Source: an uncultured Planctomycetota bacterium
Lineage (GTDB): Bacteria; Planctomycetota; Planctomycetia; Isosphaerales; Isosphaeraceae
NCBI GenBank assembly: GCA_963823665.1
Contig: CAWGMQ010000006.1
Coordinates: 480,001-544,000 of the forward strand
Direction: 5' to 3'
DNA length: 64,000 nt
Below the pieces are notes generated by a model that saw nothing but the letters and a program-made list of their open reading frames with translations, was not told where the DNA came from and searched no databases. Positions 43,837-56,300 of the stretch are shown here, piece by piece (within the stretch, counting starts at the first letter, position 1; each line of letters starts with the position of its first letter). A program made the translations under genes and the position numbers.

Positions 43837-46525
43837 ATGAACGAACAACTCGAGCCCGGCCTGTCGCTGCCAACGGAACCGAACGAAACCGTCGACGTGA
43901 TCCCGGACGATCGAACCACACCGCCCACCGAAGAAATGCCGCCGGAGGGGCCGAAATCTCGCGAGCCGCGCGGCGCACGAATCGGGCCGAACCTGCCGGG
44001 CTACGAGATCCTCGAGGTGATCGGCCGTGGCGGCATGGGGGTCGTGTACAAGGCACTGCATACGCGCCTCGACCGCCTGGTCGCTTTGAAGATGGTGCTG
44101 GCCGGTGCCCACGCCTCGCCCGAGGAGCTCGCGCGGTTCTCCATTGAATCGCAGGCTGTCGCGCAGCTCCAGCATCCGGGGATCGTCCAGATCTACGAGG
44201 TGGGCGAGCATGATGGCCTGCCGTATTTCTCGCTCGAGTTTGTCTCCGGCGGCAGCCTCGCGCACAAGATCGGCGGAAAGCCGCAGCCGACGCGCGAGGC
44301 CGCGGGGATGGTGCACGAGCTCGCCCTGGCCGTTCGCGAGGCGCACCGGCGCAACATCATCCACCGCGACCTGAAGCCGGCCAACGTGCTCCTGACCCCG
44401 GACGGACGGCCCAAGATCACCGACTTCGGCCTGGCCAAGCGATTGGACTCCGACTCGGAACAGACCCACACCGGTGCGATCATGGGGTCGCCAAGCTACA
44501 TGGCCCCCGAGCAGGCCTGGGGCCAGACCCACGAGATCGGACCCCGCACCGACGTGTACGCCCTGGGCGCGATCCTCTACGAGATGCTCGTCGGCCGCCC
44601 GCCGTTTCAGGGTGCCTCGCCGATCGAGACCATCGAGCTGGTCCGGACCGAGGAACCGGTGCCTCCAACCCGCTTGCAGCCGAAGATTCCCGTCGACCTC
44701 GAAACAATCTGCCTGAAATGCCTGCAGAAAGATCCTGCCAGGCGGTATTCCGACGCGAATTCACTTGCCGAAGACTTGCAACGATTCCTTGAGGACAGGC
44801 CGATTCTGGCACGTCCCGTGGGGACCGCCGAGCGACTGGCACGATGGTGCCGCCGCAACCCGAAGGTCGCCCGGCTCACCGCGACGGTCGCCGGGCTCCT
44901 GGTCCTGGTCGCCGCCGTGATGACCTACGCCGCCGTTTCGCTCAACCGGGCGAATGGACAGCTCGAGGCATCGATTAAAACCGAGTCGGCCGCGCGGAAG
45001 GCGGCCGAGACTAGCGAGCACGCCGCGCTCAAGGCGCGTGACGACGAGGCCGTTGCGCAAGGCAGAGAGCGAGGCGAGAGCGAAAGCCGAGAAGCTCGTC
45101 GCGGTCGCCCTGCTGCTGAACAGGAACGCACTGAATTCCACGCGGACCATCAGCGTCTTGACCCTCAAGCGGCTTCGCGATTTCCCGGGCAGCCAGGATC
45201 TGCGGGATGAGCTGGTCAGGACGTCGGTGAAAGAACTGCACGCCAACATGGAAGGCATGGACCAGCTCGGAGCCGTCGGCGCCCACGACAAGGAGGCGGC
45301 GGCGACAGCCACCCGGACGCTCGCCGGGATCTACCAGCAGGCGGCAGGACTGATGGATGATTTCGGACGCTACGACGAGGCCATGCGGTATCTTCGCCAG
45401 ATGGACGACCTGGCCGAATCGCTGGCAGCGAGCAATCCCGGACAGATCCAGGCCAAAAGGCTCCTGGCGATCAGCAAGCTCACGATCGGCCAGTTCGAGA
45501 TGAACCGGTTCGGCGACTCGAAGGCCGCGCTCAAACACCTTCAGCAAAACCTGGAGCTCCGCCGGGAGTACCTGGCAGCCAAACCGGGAGACGACCCGGC
45601 CAAGGATGGGGTCTGCAACGCGCTCGGTGAGCTCGCGCGGGTCTGGTTGAAGCTGGGGAATCCCGGCAAGGCGAGCTCCTACTACAAGGAGGAGATCAAG
45701 CTGCGTGGTGAGATCGGGGTGAAGCTGGCCGGGCAAATCGAATTCCGCCGTCAAGGCGCCGGCCTCGAGGAGAAGCTCGGCGACCTGTCTGTCGAGCTTG
45801 GCGACCAAAGCTCCGCCAAGGACCATTACGACCGCGCGCTCGAGCTCCGCGAAGAGATCGCCAGGCAAAACCCCGGCCACGACCAGGCACAGCGCGACGT
45901 GTTGCTGTCGTTTAACAAGCTCGGCACATTCTACCTGCTCCACCGCAAAAACCCGGCCACGGCCCGGGACTTCTCCGAAAAGGCGCTCGACGGGTTCGTG
46001 CAGCGGCTCAGTGCCGAGCCGGCGAGCGTCGGGGCCAAGCAAGACCTCGCCGCGACCCATTACTTCGTGGGGACCGCCGCCCTCCGCGCAGGCGACCGCA
46101 TGGCCGCCGATCGTCACTACAGCGAATACCGAACGATCTGCGAAGGGCTCGCCGGCAACCCGAAGGCGGAGCTGATCATTCGCGACCTGATGATTGCCCG
46201 CGCGCGCTGCGGCGAGCACAAGATCGCGTCCCAGACCGCAGAGGAACAGATCAAGTCACCCCCGCTCGACGTGCGGGTCTATTACTATGCCGCCTGCGCT
46301 TTCTCCCTCTGCGCCGGCGCCGTGGCCGAGGAGCCGGCCTCGCCGGAGACGCAGGCTCTTGCCAGAAGTTATACCGAGAGCGCCTTCAAGTCGCTTCGCC
46401 TGGCCCTCAAGGCCGGCTGGGAGGGCGTGGTCGACGTCGAGACCGACCCCGATCTCGACGCGATCCGCAACGCCCCCGGGTTCAATGCCATCGTCGCAGA
46501 GTTCCGCAAGGCCGCCGGCAAGTGA
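43837..46525 (+). CDS. Ser/Thr protein kinase with a TM helix and TPR-like C-terminus; frameshift near 45058
   Basis: GGAG RBS; IGRGGMGVVY, VALKMV, IHRDLKPANVL, DFG, YMAPEQ; TM TATVAGLLVLVAAVMTYAAVSL; helical repeats; C-terminal YYAACAFSL...DPDLDAIRNAPGF. Confidence 0.9.
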
Positions 46526-47204
46526 CGGCCCACGTTGAGTTCATTCCGGCTTAATCATGCCGTTTCGTGACGTTTTGAAGCTTGCATTTTTATTTCCGTC
46601 GACTTGAAATCTTGAGCGGCAAAACGTAGACTCGCACTTGTTTTGCACACGTAACGATACTTTTCTTACGTCGTCTTCGTTGTTCCGGCTGATATCCAAC
46701 GCTGTCACCGGTAGAACAACGTTCTCTTCTTTTATACCTCGGGGCCAAGGCGGCCACGAATTTCGACCGACCTGGATCGTGCCGGTTGCGAGCCGGGCTT
46801 GCCTCTTTGCCGGATCGCGGCCGTGTGATCGATATCGTCAAACGGATTGCGTCGGACAGAGTCGCGTCCGCCGCGCTCTTCAGAGAACCGGTCCCGGCGT
46901 CTGACCAGGGACCGATCGTCGTCGAGGAACTGGGCGGGGCTCAGGGAACTGATGAGCCGCGTCTCGGGTGCGAAGTCACAGAATCGCTGATGCGATGTCA
47001 CAATCGCACGCGAAACGGACATTGACCTCCAGGTAAGGCGGCCAGCAGGAAATAGATTACCGGGGATCGAAGCTTAAAGTAGCTGCGTTCTGCCACGAAA
47101 GGCAAGCACCCGGAAAAAGCGATTTTCTGGTGTACGGAGTATTCCGCCGCGCGGTTAAGAGTTCGTGGGATTGTTTCACGGAATGTCTTCCGAGGGAATT
47201 TCGA

Positions 47205-47242
47205 TTTTTCGTGTCCCGGCAGTACCCCTTTGCGCAGTTCTA
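47205..47242 (+). promoter_or_regulatory. Candidate ECF promoter TTTTTC-G-TGTCCCG-N13-GCGCAGT-TCTA
   Basis: Matches the motif upstream of the ECF gene at 43645..43683; about 110 bp upstream of the giant gene ATG, on the same strand. Confidence 0.65.
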
Positions 47243-47351
47243 GCAGTACACAGTACTCCCGATCGGAACAGCAACGAGACTGAACAAGAGATCATTGACG
47301 TCGAGATTGCATCGTGGTTTTACCTCTCCTCTCGAAGCAGAAGGTTGTACG

Positions 47352-50300
47352 ATGTCGACACCTCATGACCAGGGCGCCAGCGCGTTCCACGACGACGACC
47401 GCCGCGGACGCAGGATGAACCGGCGGCGGCGTGACGCCGCGAAGCGGAAGAAACGGAGCCCGTTCAAGCCGTTCTTCCACACCCTGGAAAAGCGAATGAT
47501 GCTGGCGACGTTTCTGGTCAGCACCGCGGCCGACTCGGGCGCCGGCTCGCTGCGGCAGGCGATCCTGAACTCGAACGCCGCACCAGGGTCGAACACGATC
47601 GACTTCGGCATCGGCACGGGCGCCCAGACGATCTCGCTGTTGTCGGCCCTGCCGAACATCACCGTCCCGGTCCTGATCGACGGCACGACGCAGCCGGGAT
47701 ACACCACCGCTCCGCTGATCGATCTCGACGGCACGGGCGCGGGCAGCAGTGCGAGCGGGCTGGATCTTGCCGCCGGCTCCGGCGGCAGCACGATCCGCGC
47801 CCTCGTGATCGATAACTTCGCGGCCGACGGGATCGTGATCACGACGACCGGCAACATCGTCCAGAGATCCTATATCGGTACCAACGCCGCGGGCACCGCT
47901 GTGGGCAGCCAGGCGATGACCTACGGTATTGTCGACACGGCCGGGAGCAACAACACGATCGGCGGTACGACGGCGGGCGCGGGCAACCTGATCTCGGGCA
48001 ACTCCGAGGGCATTCTCCTTCAGAACGCCCTCGCTTCGGACAACCTGGTCGTGGGCAACCTGATCGGCACCGACATTACGGGCAAGGTCGCGCTGCCAAA
48101 CTTGCAGGGTGTTGGTGTGTTCGGCGCGCCCGGCAACACGATCGGCGGTACGACCTCTGGCGCGGCCAATTTGGTCTCCGGCAACAGCAACTTCGGAGTC
48201 GTTATCTCAGGTGGGCAGAGCACCGGTAACATCATCGCGGGTAACAAGATCGGTACCGACATCACAGGCACCCTCGCGCTATCCGATAGCCACGGTGTCG
48301 AAATCGCCAACGGGGCGACCAACAACACGGTCGGCGGCCTGACTGGAACCCCCGGTACCGGGGCGGGTAACCTCATCTCGGGCAACACCGCCGCCGGCGT
48401 TTACATGGGCATGGAGTCGGGTAACGTCGTTGCCGGCAACCTGATCGGCACCGACATCACCGGCGCCCACGCGCTGTCGAACGACTTCGGAGTGTATTTC
48501 GATATCGACACCACGAACAACACGGTCGGCGGTACGGCCGCGGGCGCGGGCAACCTGATCTCGGGCAACGTCGACGGAATCGACAACGCTACGACCGATG
48601 TCATCGCCGGCAACAAGATCGGCACCGACATCACCGGTACCGTCGCGCTGCCGAACACGACGTTTGGCGTGATTTTGGTCTCGAACAGCACGATCGGCGG
48701 TACGGCCGCGGGCGCGGGCAACCTGATCTCAGGCAATAAGACCGGAATCCTGGCCTTCGGCGGCGCCAACTTGATTGAAGGCAATCTCGTCGGTACCAAC
48801 GCGACCGGGCTGACCGCCCTCGGTAACACCCAGGACGGGATCGACGTCAAATCTTCGGCCGAAACCATCGGCGGTACGGCCGCCGGCGCGGGCAATACGA
48901 TCGCGTTCAATACCGACGACGCAGTCAACGTGATTACCGGCACCGGAGACGCGATCCTCGAAAACTTGATCTACAGGAACGGCTCGGGCATCGTCCTCGC
49001 CTCGGGCGCAAACAACAATCAGATCGCCCCGGTCATCACCGGTGTCACGTCGGAGGCTACGGCAGCGACCGCCTCCCAGACGAGCATCTCGGTGGATCTG
49101 ACCGCGGCGGGGTTCACATCCGGCTCAACTTATTCGCTCGACTTTTTCGCGAGCGGTTTGGGTGATCCCTCGAGCGGGGTCCAGGCCCACGTCTACCTGG
49201 GAACCCAGACATTCACGGGGGGTGCCACGGGTAACGTCATGTTCACGTTGCCCATGCCGCTGTTGTCGGCAACCGAGACGGTCACGGCGACGGCGACGCT
49301 CCTGGCTGGGTCGACGTTCACCGATACCTCGAGTTCTGCCACGGCCGCCGCGGTCGCCGAGATTTCCAACATCACAGTCACCACGACGGCCGCAACCGGC
49401 GTTGGCTCTCTCGAACAGGCGATCCTGGACGCCAATGCCGACACCACCCTTCCCATGCCCTACACGATCACGTTCGCGATCACGCCCGGGAGCGCTCCCT
49501 TTACGATCACCCTGCCATCAGGCGGGTTGACTTCGCTCACACGCTCCGTCGCGCTCGACGCGACCAGCCAATCGGGCTACACCGGCTCGCCGATCATCGT
49601 GTTGAACGGGACCGGGGTTTCGGGAAGCGGGCTGGTCCTGAGCACTGGGTCCGACGGCAGCCTGGTCAGGGGATTCGACATTATCGATTTCACTCGCTTG
49701 GGCATGGACGGTATTGACATCGATTCAAGCGGCAATGCCGTGCAGGCCAGCTACGTGGGCGTGCAAACAGGCGGAAGTACTTCGGCCGAGGACAAAGATG
49801 GCGTATTGATCAACGGCTCGAACAACACGATCGGCGGTACGACGCCACATGCGGGCAATCTGATTTCTGGCAACAACAACCCCGCCGGCACCACCGAAGG
49901 CATCGGCGTCGAGATCAACGGCTCGAGCGCGACCGGCAATACGGTCGAAGGCAACCTGATCGGCACCGACATTACGGGCATCCTCGACCTGCCCAATTAC
50001 ATCGGCGTATACATCGCTACCAGCGCCTCGGGCAACACCATTGGCGGCAGCACGGCGGCCGCCCGCAACGTCATCAGTGGCAACACTGTCGACGGCGTCT
50101 TCGTGGACCTTGCCGGCGGTAATCTGATCGAGGGCAACCTGATCGGCACCGACGTGACCGGGTCCGTCGCGCTGGGCAACCTGGGTGACGGCGTCGAGCT
50201 CCAAGGCTCCAACAACGATACCGTCGGCGGCACCACCGCCGCGGCCCGCAACGTCATCAGCGCCAGCGGCCAGTTCAACCTGTACATCGTCTACTCCGCC

Positions 50301-53300
50301 GACGAGACCGTCCAGGGGAACTACATCGGTACAGACGCGACCGGCACCTTTGCCCTGGACACCGACACTTTCACCGGCATCGAGGTCCTCAGCAGCTCCG
50401 ACAACCTGATCGGCGGGACCGCGCCGGGTGCCGGCAACGTCATCTCCGGCACCGCCTATGGCGGCATTATTGTCAGCGACTATTATGGCGGGGGTCAAAA
50501 CCCACAGGTCACGGATGGCAACACAATCCAGGGCAACTTGATCGGACTGAATGCCAGCGGCACGGCCGCTCTCCCTAATGGCTCTGACGGCATTTTTGTC
50601 GGCAACTCTCTAGACACTCAGATCGGCGGCCTGGCGCCGGGGGCTGGCAACGTGATTGCAGGCAGCCAGGCGGTCAGTGTTGGCCCGGGTTATGACTATC
50701 CTGCTGGAAGCAACGGGGATGGCATCCTCGTGCAAGGTTCCGCGCCGGGCATCGCCATCGAGGACAACCGCATTGGCACCGATCTGACTGGCACGGATGC
50801 CCTGCCCAACCAGGGCAGCGGCGTGTACGTAGCGAACACCACGGCCACGATCAGCGGCAACCAGATCGCCGGCAACGGCTACGACGGAATTACCGTCCAG
50901 GGTAGCGGCGCGCCCAACGGCCTGACGGGCTTGTGGTCGGCGGACGGCACCACCTTCGACAGCCAAGAGGACACCGACGGCACTTTGCTCGGCGGCGCGA
51001 CCTACGCCCCGGGAATCTCAGGGCAGGCCTTTTCCTTCGACGGCACGAGCGGTGCCTTCGAGGACAACTCCAATTTTTCGCCGCCGGGCGGCCGGATCCA
51101 GTACCCTTTCGGCGCCACCATGGCGGCCTGGATCAACACCACGGCGGCAAGCGGAACGCTGATGACGGACGGCGGTGGCATTGACACTCAGAGCGGCATG
51201 GGCCTGTTCCTGCAGAACGGCCACCTCGAAGCGATTGGCAGCAAGGGCACCGCCGGCCAGTTCAACTTTGACTTGACCAGCGCGGTGACGGTCAACGACG
51301 GTCAGTGGCACCTGGTCGCCGTCACCTGGGACGGAACCACCTCCGCCGGCGGCGTAACGTTGTACATCGACGGCGCCCAGGTGGCCACCGGCACGGCGCT
51401 AGCGACTCTCGGCAACCTCGGCACCGGCAACGACGGCGCCAGCTCGCTGCTGTATTTCGGCGGCGACCCCAACCTCGCGCTGCCCTATTACAAGGGCTTG
51501 ATGGACGAGGTGGCCGTCTACAGCTCAGCGGTCAGCGCGGCCGACATGGCCACGATGTACAGCGTCCGCGGCGTCGCCGAGTCCGCGAGCGCCGCCACGA
51601 TTACCGGCAACCAGATCGGTACGAACGCGTCCGGCACTGCCGCGCTCGCCAATAGCAACGACGGCATCGATCTCGTCGGCTCCAGCTTCAACGTGGTCGG
51701 CGGCACGACGCCTGCTGCGGCCAACCTGATCTCCGGCAACACGACCGTTGGTATTCAGATCACGGGCGCGGGCGCAACGACCAACGTCGTCGAGGGTAAC
51801 CTGATCGGCACCGGCATCACGGGGACGGTGGCGATTGCCAACGCCACGGGCGTCGAGATCGATACCGGCGCCTCGGGCAACACGATCGGCGGCCTGACCG
51901 CGACGCCCGGCACCGGCGCAGGCAACGTCATCTCGGGCAACATGAACAACGGCGTCGAGATCGACGGCACCGCCACGACCGGCAATGTCGTCGCGGGCAA
52001 CCTGATCGGCACCGACTCAACCGGCACGGTAGCAATCGCCAACGCCACGGGCGTCCAGATCGATACCGGCGCCTCCGGCAACACGATCGGCGGCTCGTCG
52101 GCCCTCTCGCGCAACGTCATCAGCGGAAACACGGGCGACGGAGTTTTTATCACCGAGACCGCGACCGGCAATGCAGTCGAAGGCGACTACATCGGCACCG
52201 ACGTCACGGGCACCCTCGCCCTGCCCAATTTCAACGGCGTCTTGATCGATACCGGCGCCTCCGGCAACACGATCGGCGGCTCGTCGGCCCTGACGCGCAA
52301 CATCATCAGCGGAAACTCGGACGACGGCGTTGTTATCGACGCGACCGGGACTGGCAACAACCTGGTCGCGGGCAATTACATCGGCCTGGGGCCCGACGGG
52401 ACGACGGCCGTCGGCAACGCCTTGGAAGGCGTCTTTGTCGTCAACTCCGGGACCGGCAACACGATCGGCGGCCTCACGTCGACCCCGGGCACGGGGCTCG
52501 GTAACGTCATCGGGAACCAGTTGTCATTTTACAACAGCTACGGGATCGCGCTCCAAGGCAACGCGGCTGTCTCGGTGCTCGGCAACGTCATCGGCCTCAA
52601 CGCGGCGGGGAACGCCGCGCCGAACACCTCCGGCGTCCGGGTGTTCGGGTCGAGCGGCAACGTCATCGGAGGCGGACTCGCCGGCTCGGCCAACGTCCTC
52701 TCGGGAAATGCGGATTACGGGATACTCCTGACCAACGGCTCGGCCTTCAACCTCGTCCAAGGGAATTTGATCGGCACCGACGCGACGGGTACCGTCGAAC
52801 GGAGTAACGGGGGCAGCGGGGTCTATTTGACCACTGGTTCGAACAACAATGTCATCGGCACGAACGGCGATGGCGTCAACGACGCGACCGAGGGAAACGT
52901 CATCGCCGGCACGGCCTATAGCCTCGTAAACCTCGACAGCGTCGGGACGAATAATAACGTGATTGCGGGCAATGCCATCGGCACCGACCGGACCGGTACA
53001 CTGGCAATGGGAGGGACGATCGGCATCCAGGTCAACGCCGGAGTCCAGAACACGCGGATTGGGACCAACGCCGACGGCGTGAGCGACATCGCCGAGAGGA
53101 ACCTGATCAATGGCAATATCTACGGCGTCCAGATCACCGGAACCGGCGCGACCGGCAACACGGTCGCGGGCAACTACATCGGCGTAGCCGCCGACGGCGT
53201 GACGGCGCGGGGGAATACGAGCTATGGCGTCTTGATCCAGGGTGGCGCAACGGGCAACACGATCGGCGGGCTGACGAGCACGCCCGGCACCGAGGCGGGG

Positions 53301-56300
53301 AACGTCATCTCGGGGAATACCGGCGCAGGAATCACCATCAGCGATACCGGTACGTCCGGTAATGCGGTCGAAGGCAACCTCATCGGCACGAAGGCCGGCG
53401 GCACCTCAGCACTGGCGAACAGTACCGACGGGGTGCTGATCCAGACCAACGCCTCGAGCAATACGATCGGCGGCACCGCGGCCGGCGCGGGCAACGTCAT
53501 CTCGGGCGACACGACCAACGGCGTGGAAATCACGGGAACGGGAACATCGAGTAACGTCGTCGAGGGTGACTACATCGGCACCGACTTGACGGGCACGGTG
53601 GCGATCGCCAATGCCACGGGCGTCGAGATCGATACCAGCGCCTCGGGCAACACGATCGGCGGCAGCGCCGCGGCTGCGCGCAATATCATTTCCGGGAACT
53701 CGTACGGGGTCACTCTGAATGACACAACGAGCGACGCTGTCGAGGGTAACTTTATCGGCACGGACCTGACGGGTTCAATCGCCGTTGCGAATGGCATCGG
53801 CGTTCTGATCTGGGCCAGCGCCACGGGCAACACCATTGGCGGGCCCGCCACGATGACCGGCACCGCACCGGGTAATGTGATTTCAGGCAATTCGGGACCG
53901 GGCATTTTCTTCGACAACAACGTTGCCAGCACCGGTGACCTGGTTGAAGGAAACCTGATCGGCACCAATGCCGCCGGCACGGCGGCGCTGGGCAACGGCG
54001 TCGGAAACGGCGGCATTTACATCCTGAGCGATGGCAGCGCCACGCATGAAACGATCGGCGGCACGGCGGCCGCCGACCGCAATGTGATCAGTGGCAACAA
54101 TGGCGCGGGCATCGACATCCTGAACGACAACAGCAACCTGATCGAGGGCAACTACGTCGGCCTCGACATCACGGGCGCGTCGGCGGTACCGAATCTGGAC
54201 CAAGGCATTCAAATCGTCGGGTCGAACGATAATACCGTCGGCGGCACGGCGCCCGGCGCCGGCAATGTCATCAGCGGAAACCGGTACAACGCCACTGCGG
54301 GCCAGCAAGTGGTGATCAACGACGAAAACTTGGCGACGCAAACCGCTTCAGGCAACCTCGTTCAAGGGAATTTGATAGGAACGAATGCGGCTGATACCGG
54401 TCTGCCGTCGGGAATGAGCTTCGACTACGACGGGACCGGTGTGGAAATCCTCGGCTGTGCCACCGGCAATACCATCGGCGGGACGACAGCGGGGGCCGCC
54501 AACGTGATCGCCGGCAATGCCACGGGCGTCTTTATTGGCTCCGTGGGATTTCTGGCTGGAGGTACAACTTCCGGCAACGTCGTCGAGGGGAACGATATTG
54601 GCGTCGAGGCGAATGGAACCACCGCACTGGCCAACACGGTGGGCGTCTTGATCCAGTCGGGCGCGGGCAATTCCTTGACCGACGACAACACCTTGGGCGG
54701 AGCCACGGCCGTGGCCGCGAACATCATCAGCGGCAATACCACATTTGGAATCGAAATCTCCGGCAGCACCGCGACCGGGAATGTCGTCGAGGGTGACTAC
54801 ATCGGCACCGACCTGACGGGCACTGTGGCGATTGCCAATGGAACGGGCGTCGAAATCGATACGAGCGCCACGGGCAATACGATCGGTGGTCTCACGAGCA
54901 CCGCCGGCACCGGCGCGGGCAACGTCATCTCGGGTAATAGCAACTACGGTGTCTGGGTCGTCGCCGCAACTTCGAACGCCATCGAAGGCAACCTGATCGG
55001 CACCGGCGCCACGGGTACGGTCGCGGTCGCCAATGGGCTTTTCGGAGTCAATGCCGATACGGGGGCCAATAACACGACCGTCGGTGGGACCGTCGCCGGC
55101 GCGGGCAATGTGATCAGCGGCAACACGAGCTACGGGGTCGTAATCAACTCGTCCGGCAGCCTCGTCGCCGGCAACCTTATCGGGTTGAATCGCGCCGGGA
55201 CCACGGCGGTGGCGAACCTGTCGAGCGGGATCAAGCTTGTCGGGGCGAACAACACCGTCGGCGGTATCACCGCCGTTGCCCGCAACGTCGTTAGTGGCAA
55301 CACGCAGAATGGGATCTTGGTCACGGGCGTCGGGGCGACGGGGAACCTGATCGAGGGGAACTACGTCGGTACCAATGCCGTCGGCAGCGCTGCCGTTCCC
55401 AACAATTCCGTCGCCTCGTACCGGGGCATCCTCATCAACTCCGGGGCCCAAAACACCACAGTCGGCGGCAGCACCGCCGGCGCGGGCAATCTCCTGTCGG
55501 GGAACCTCGGTTGGGGTCTTGAAGTCGACGGCCCAGTGACCGCCAACACGGTGATCCAGGGCAACCTGATCGGTACCGACGCCACCGGAACCTTCGCCGT
55601 CGGGAACGGCTTCAGCGGCGGTATCATCATTTACCGTGCGATTAGTACGACGATCGGTGGGACGACCGCAGCCGCGCGAAACCTCGTCTCGGGCAACCAA
55701 TCCGCCGGAATCCTTGCTGAAGGAACGGGCTTGTCCCAGTTGCTCATCGAGGGCAATTACATCGGTACCAACTCCGCCGGCAGCGCCGCGATCCCCAACA
55801 ACGACACCGGGGTGTACGTCGAGGATCTGGCGGCGAACGTGACGATCGGAAGTGCCGTGGCGGGCGGGGGCAACCTCATCAGCGGTAACGGTTACTGCGG
55901 GATCTATGTGACAAATCAAGATGGTGTCGGAGTCGCGACGAACGTCGTCATTCAGAACAACTCGATCGGCACCAACGCTTCTGGCACCGGCGCTATACCG
56001 AACCTCGCGGGCGCCGTCGGAGGAACCGGCGTGTACGCTGGTTCCGGGGTCATTATCTACAACGTGCCGAACGTCGTCGTTGGCGGATCTTCTGCCAACA
56101 CTCGCAACCTTATCTCAGGCAACGCGGCATACGGAGTCGCGATCTCCGGCTCCGCCTCCACGGGGAACCAGATTTTCGGCAATTTCATTGGCTCAGACGT
56201 CTCAGGCACTGTGTCGCTCGGTAACGCGACCGGCGTCATCATCCAAAGTGGAGCGACAAGCGACACCATCGGCGGCACGGCCGTCGGCGCGGGCAACCTG

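Noticed and set aside
46590..47368. Short ORFs between the TPR kinase and the right giant gene
   Set aside because: Composition is atypical and there are no motifs; the region is better explained as regulatory DNA.
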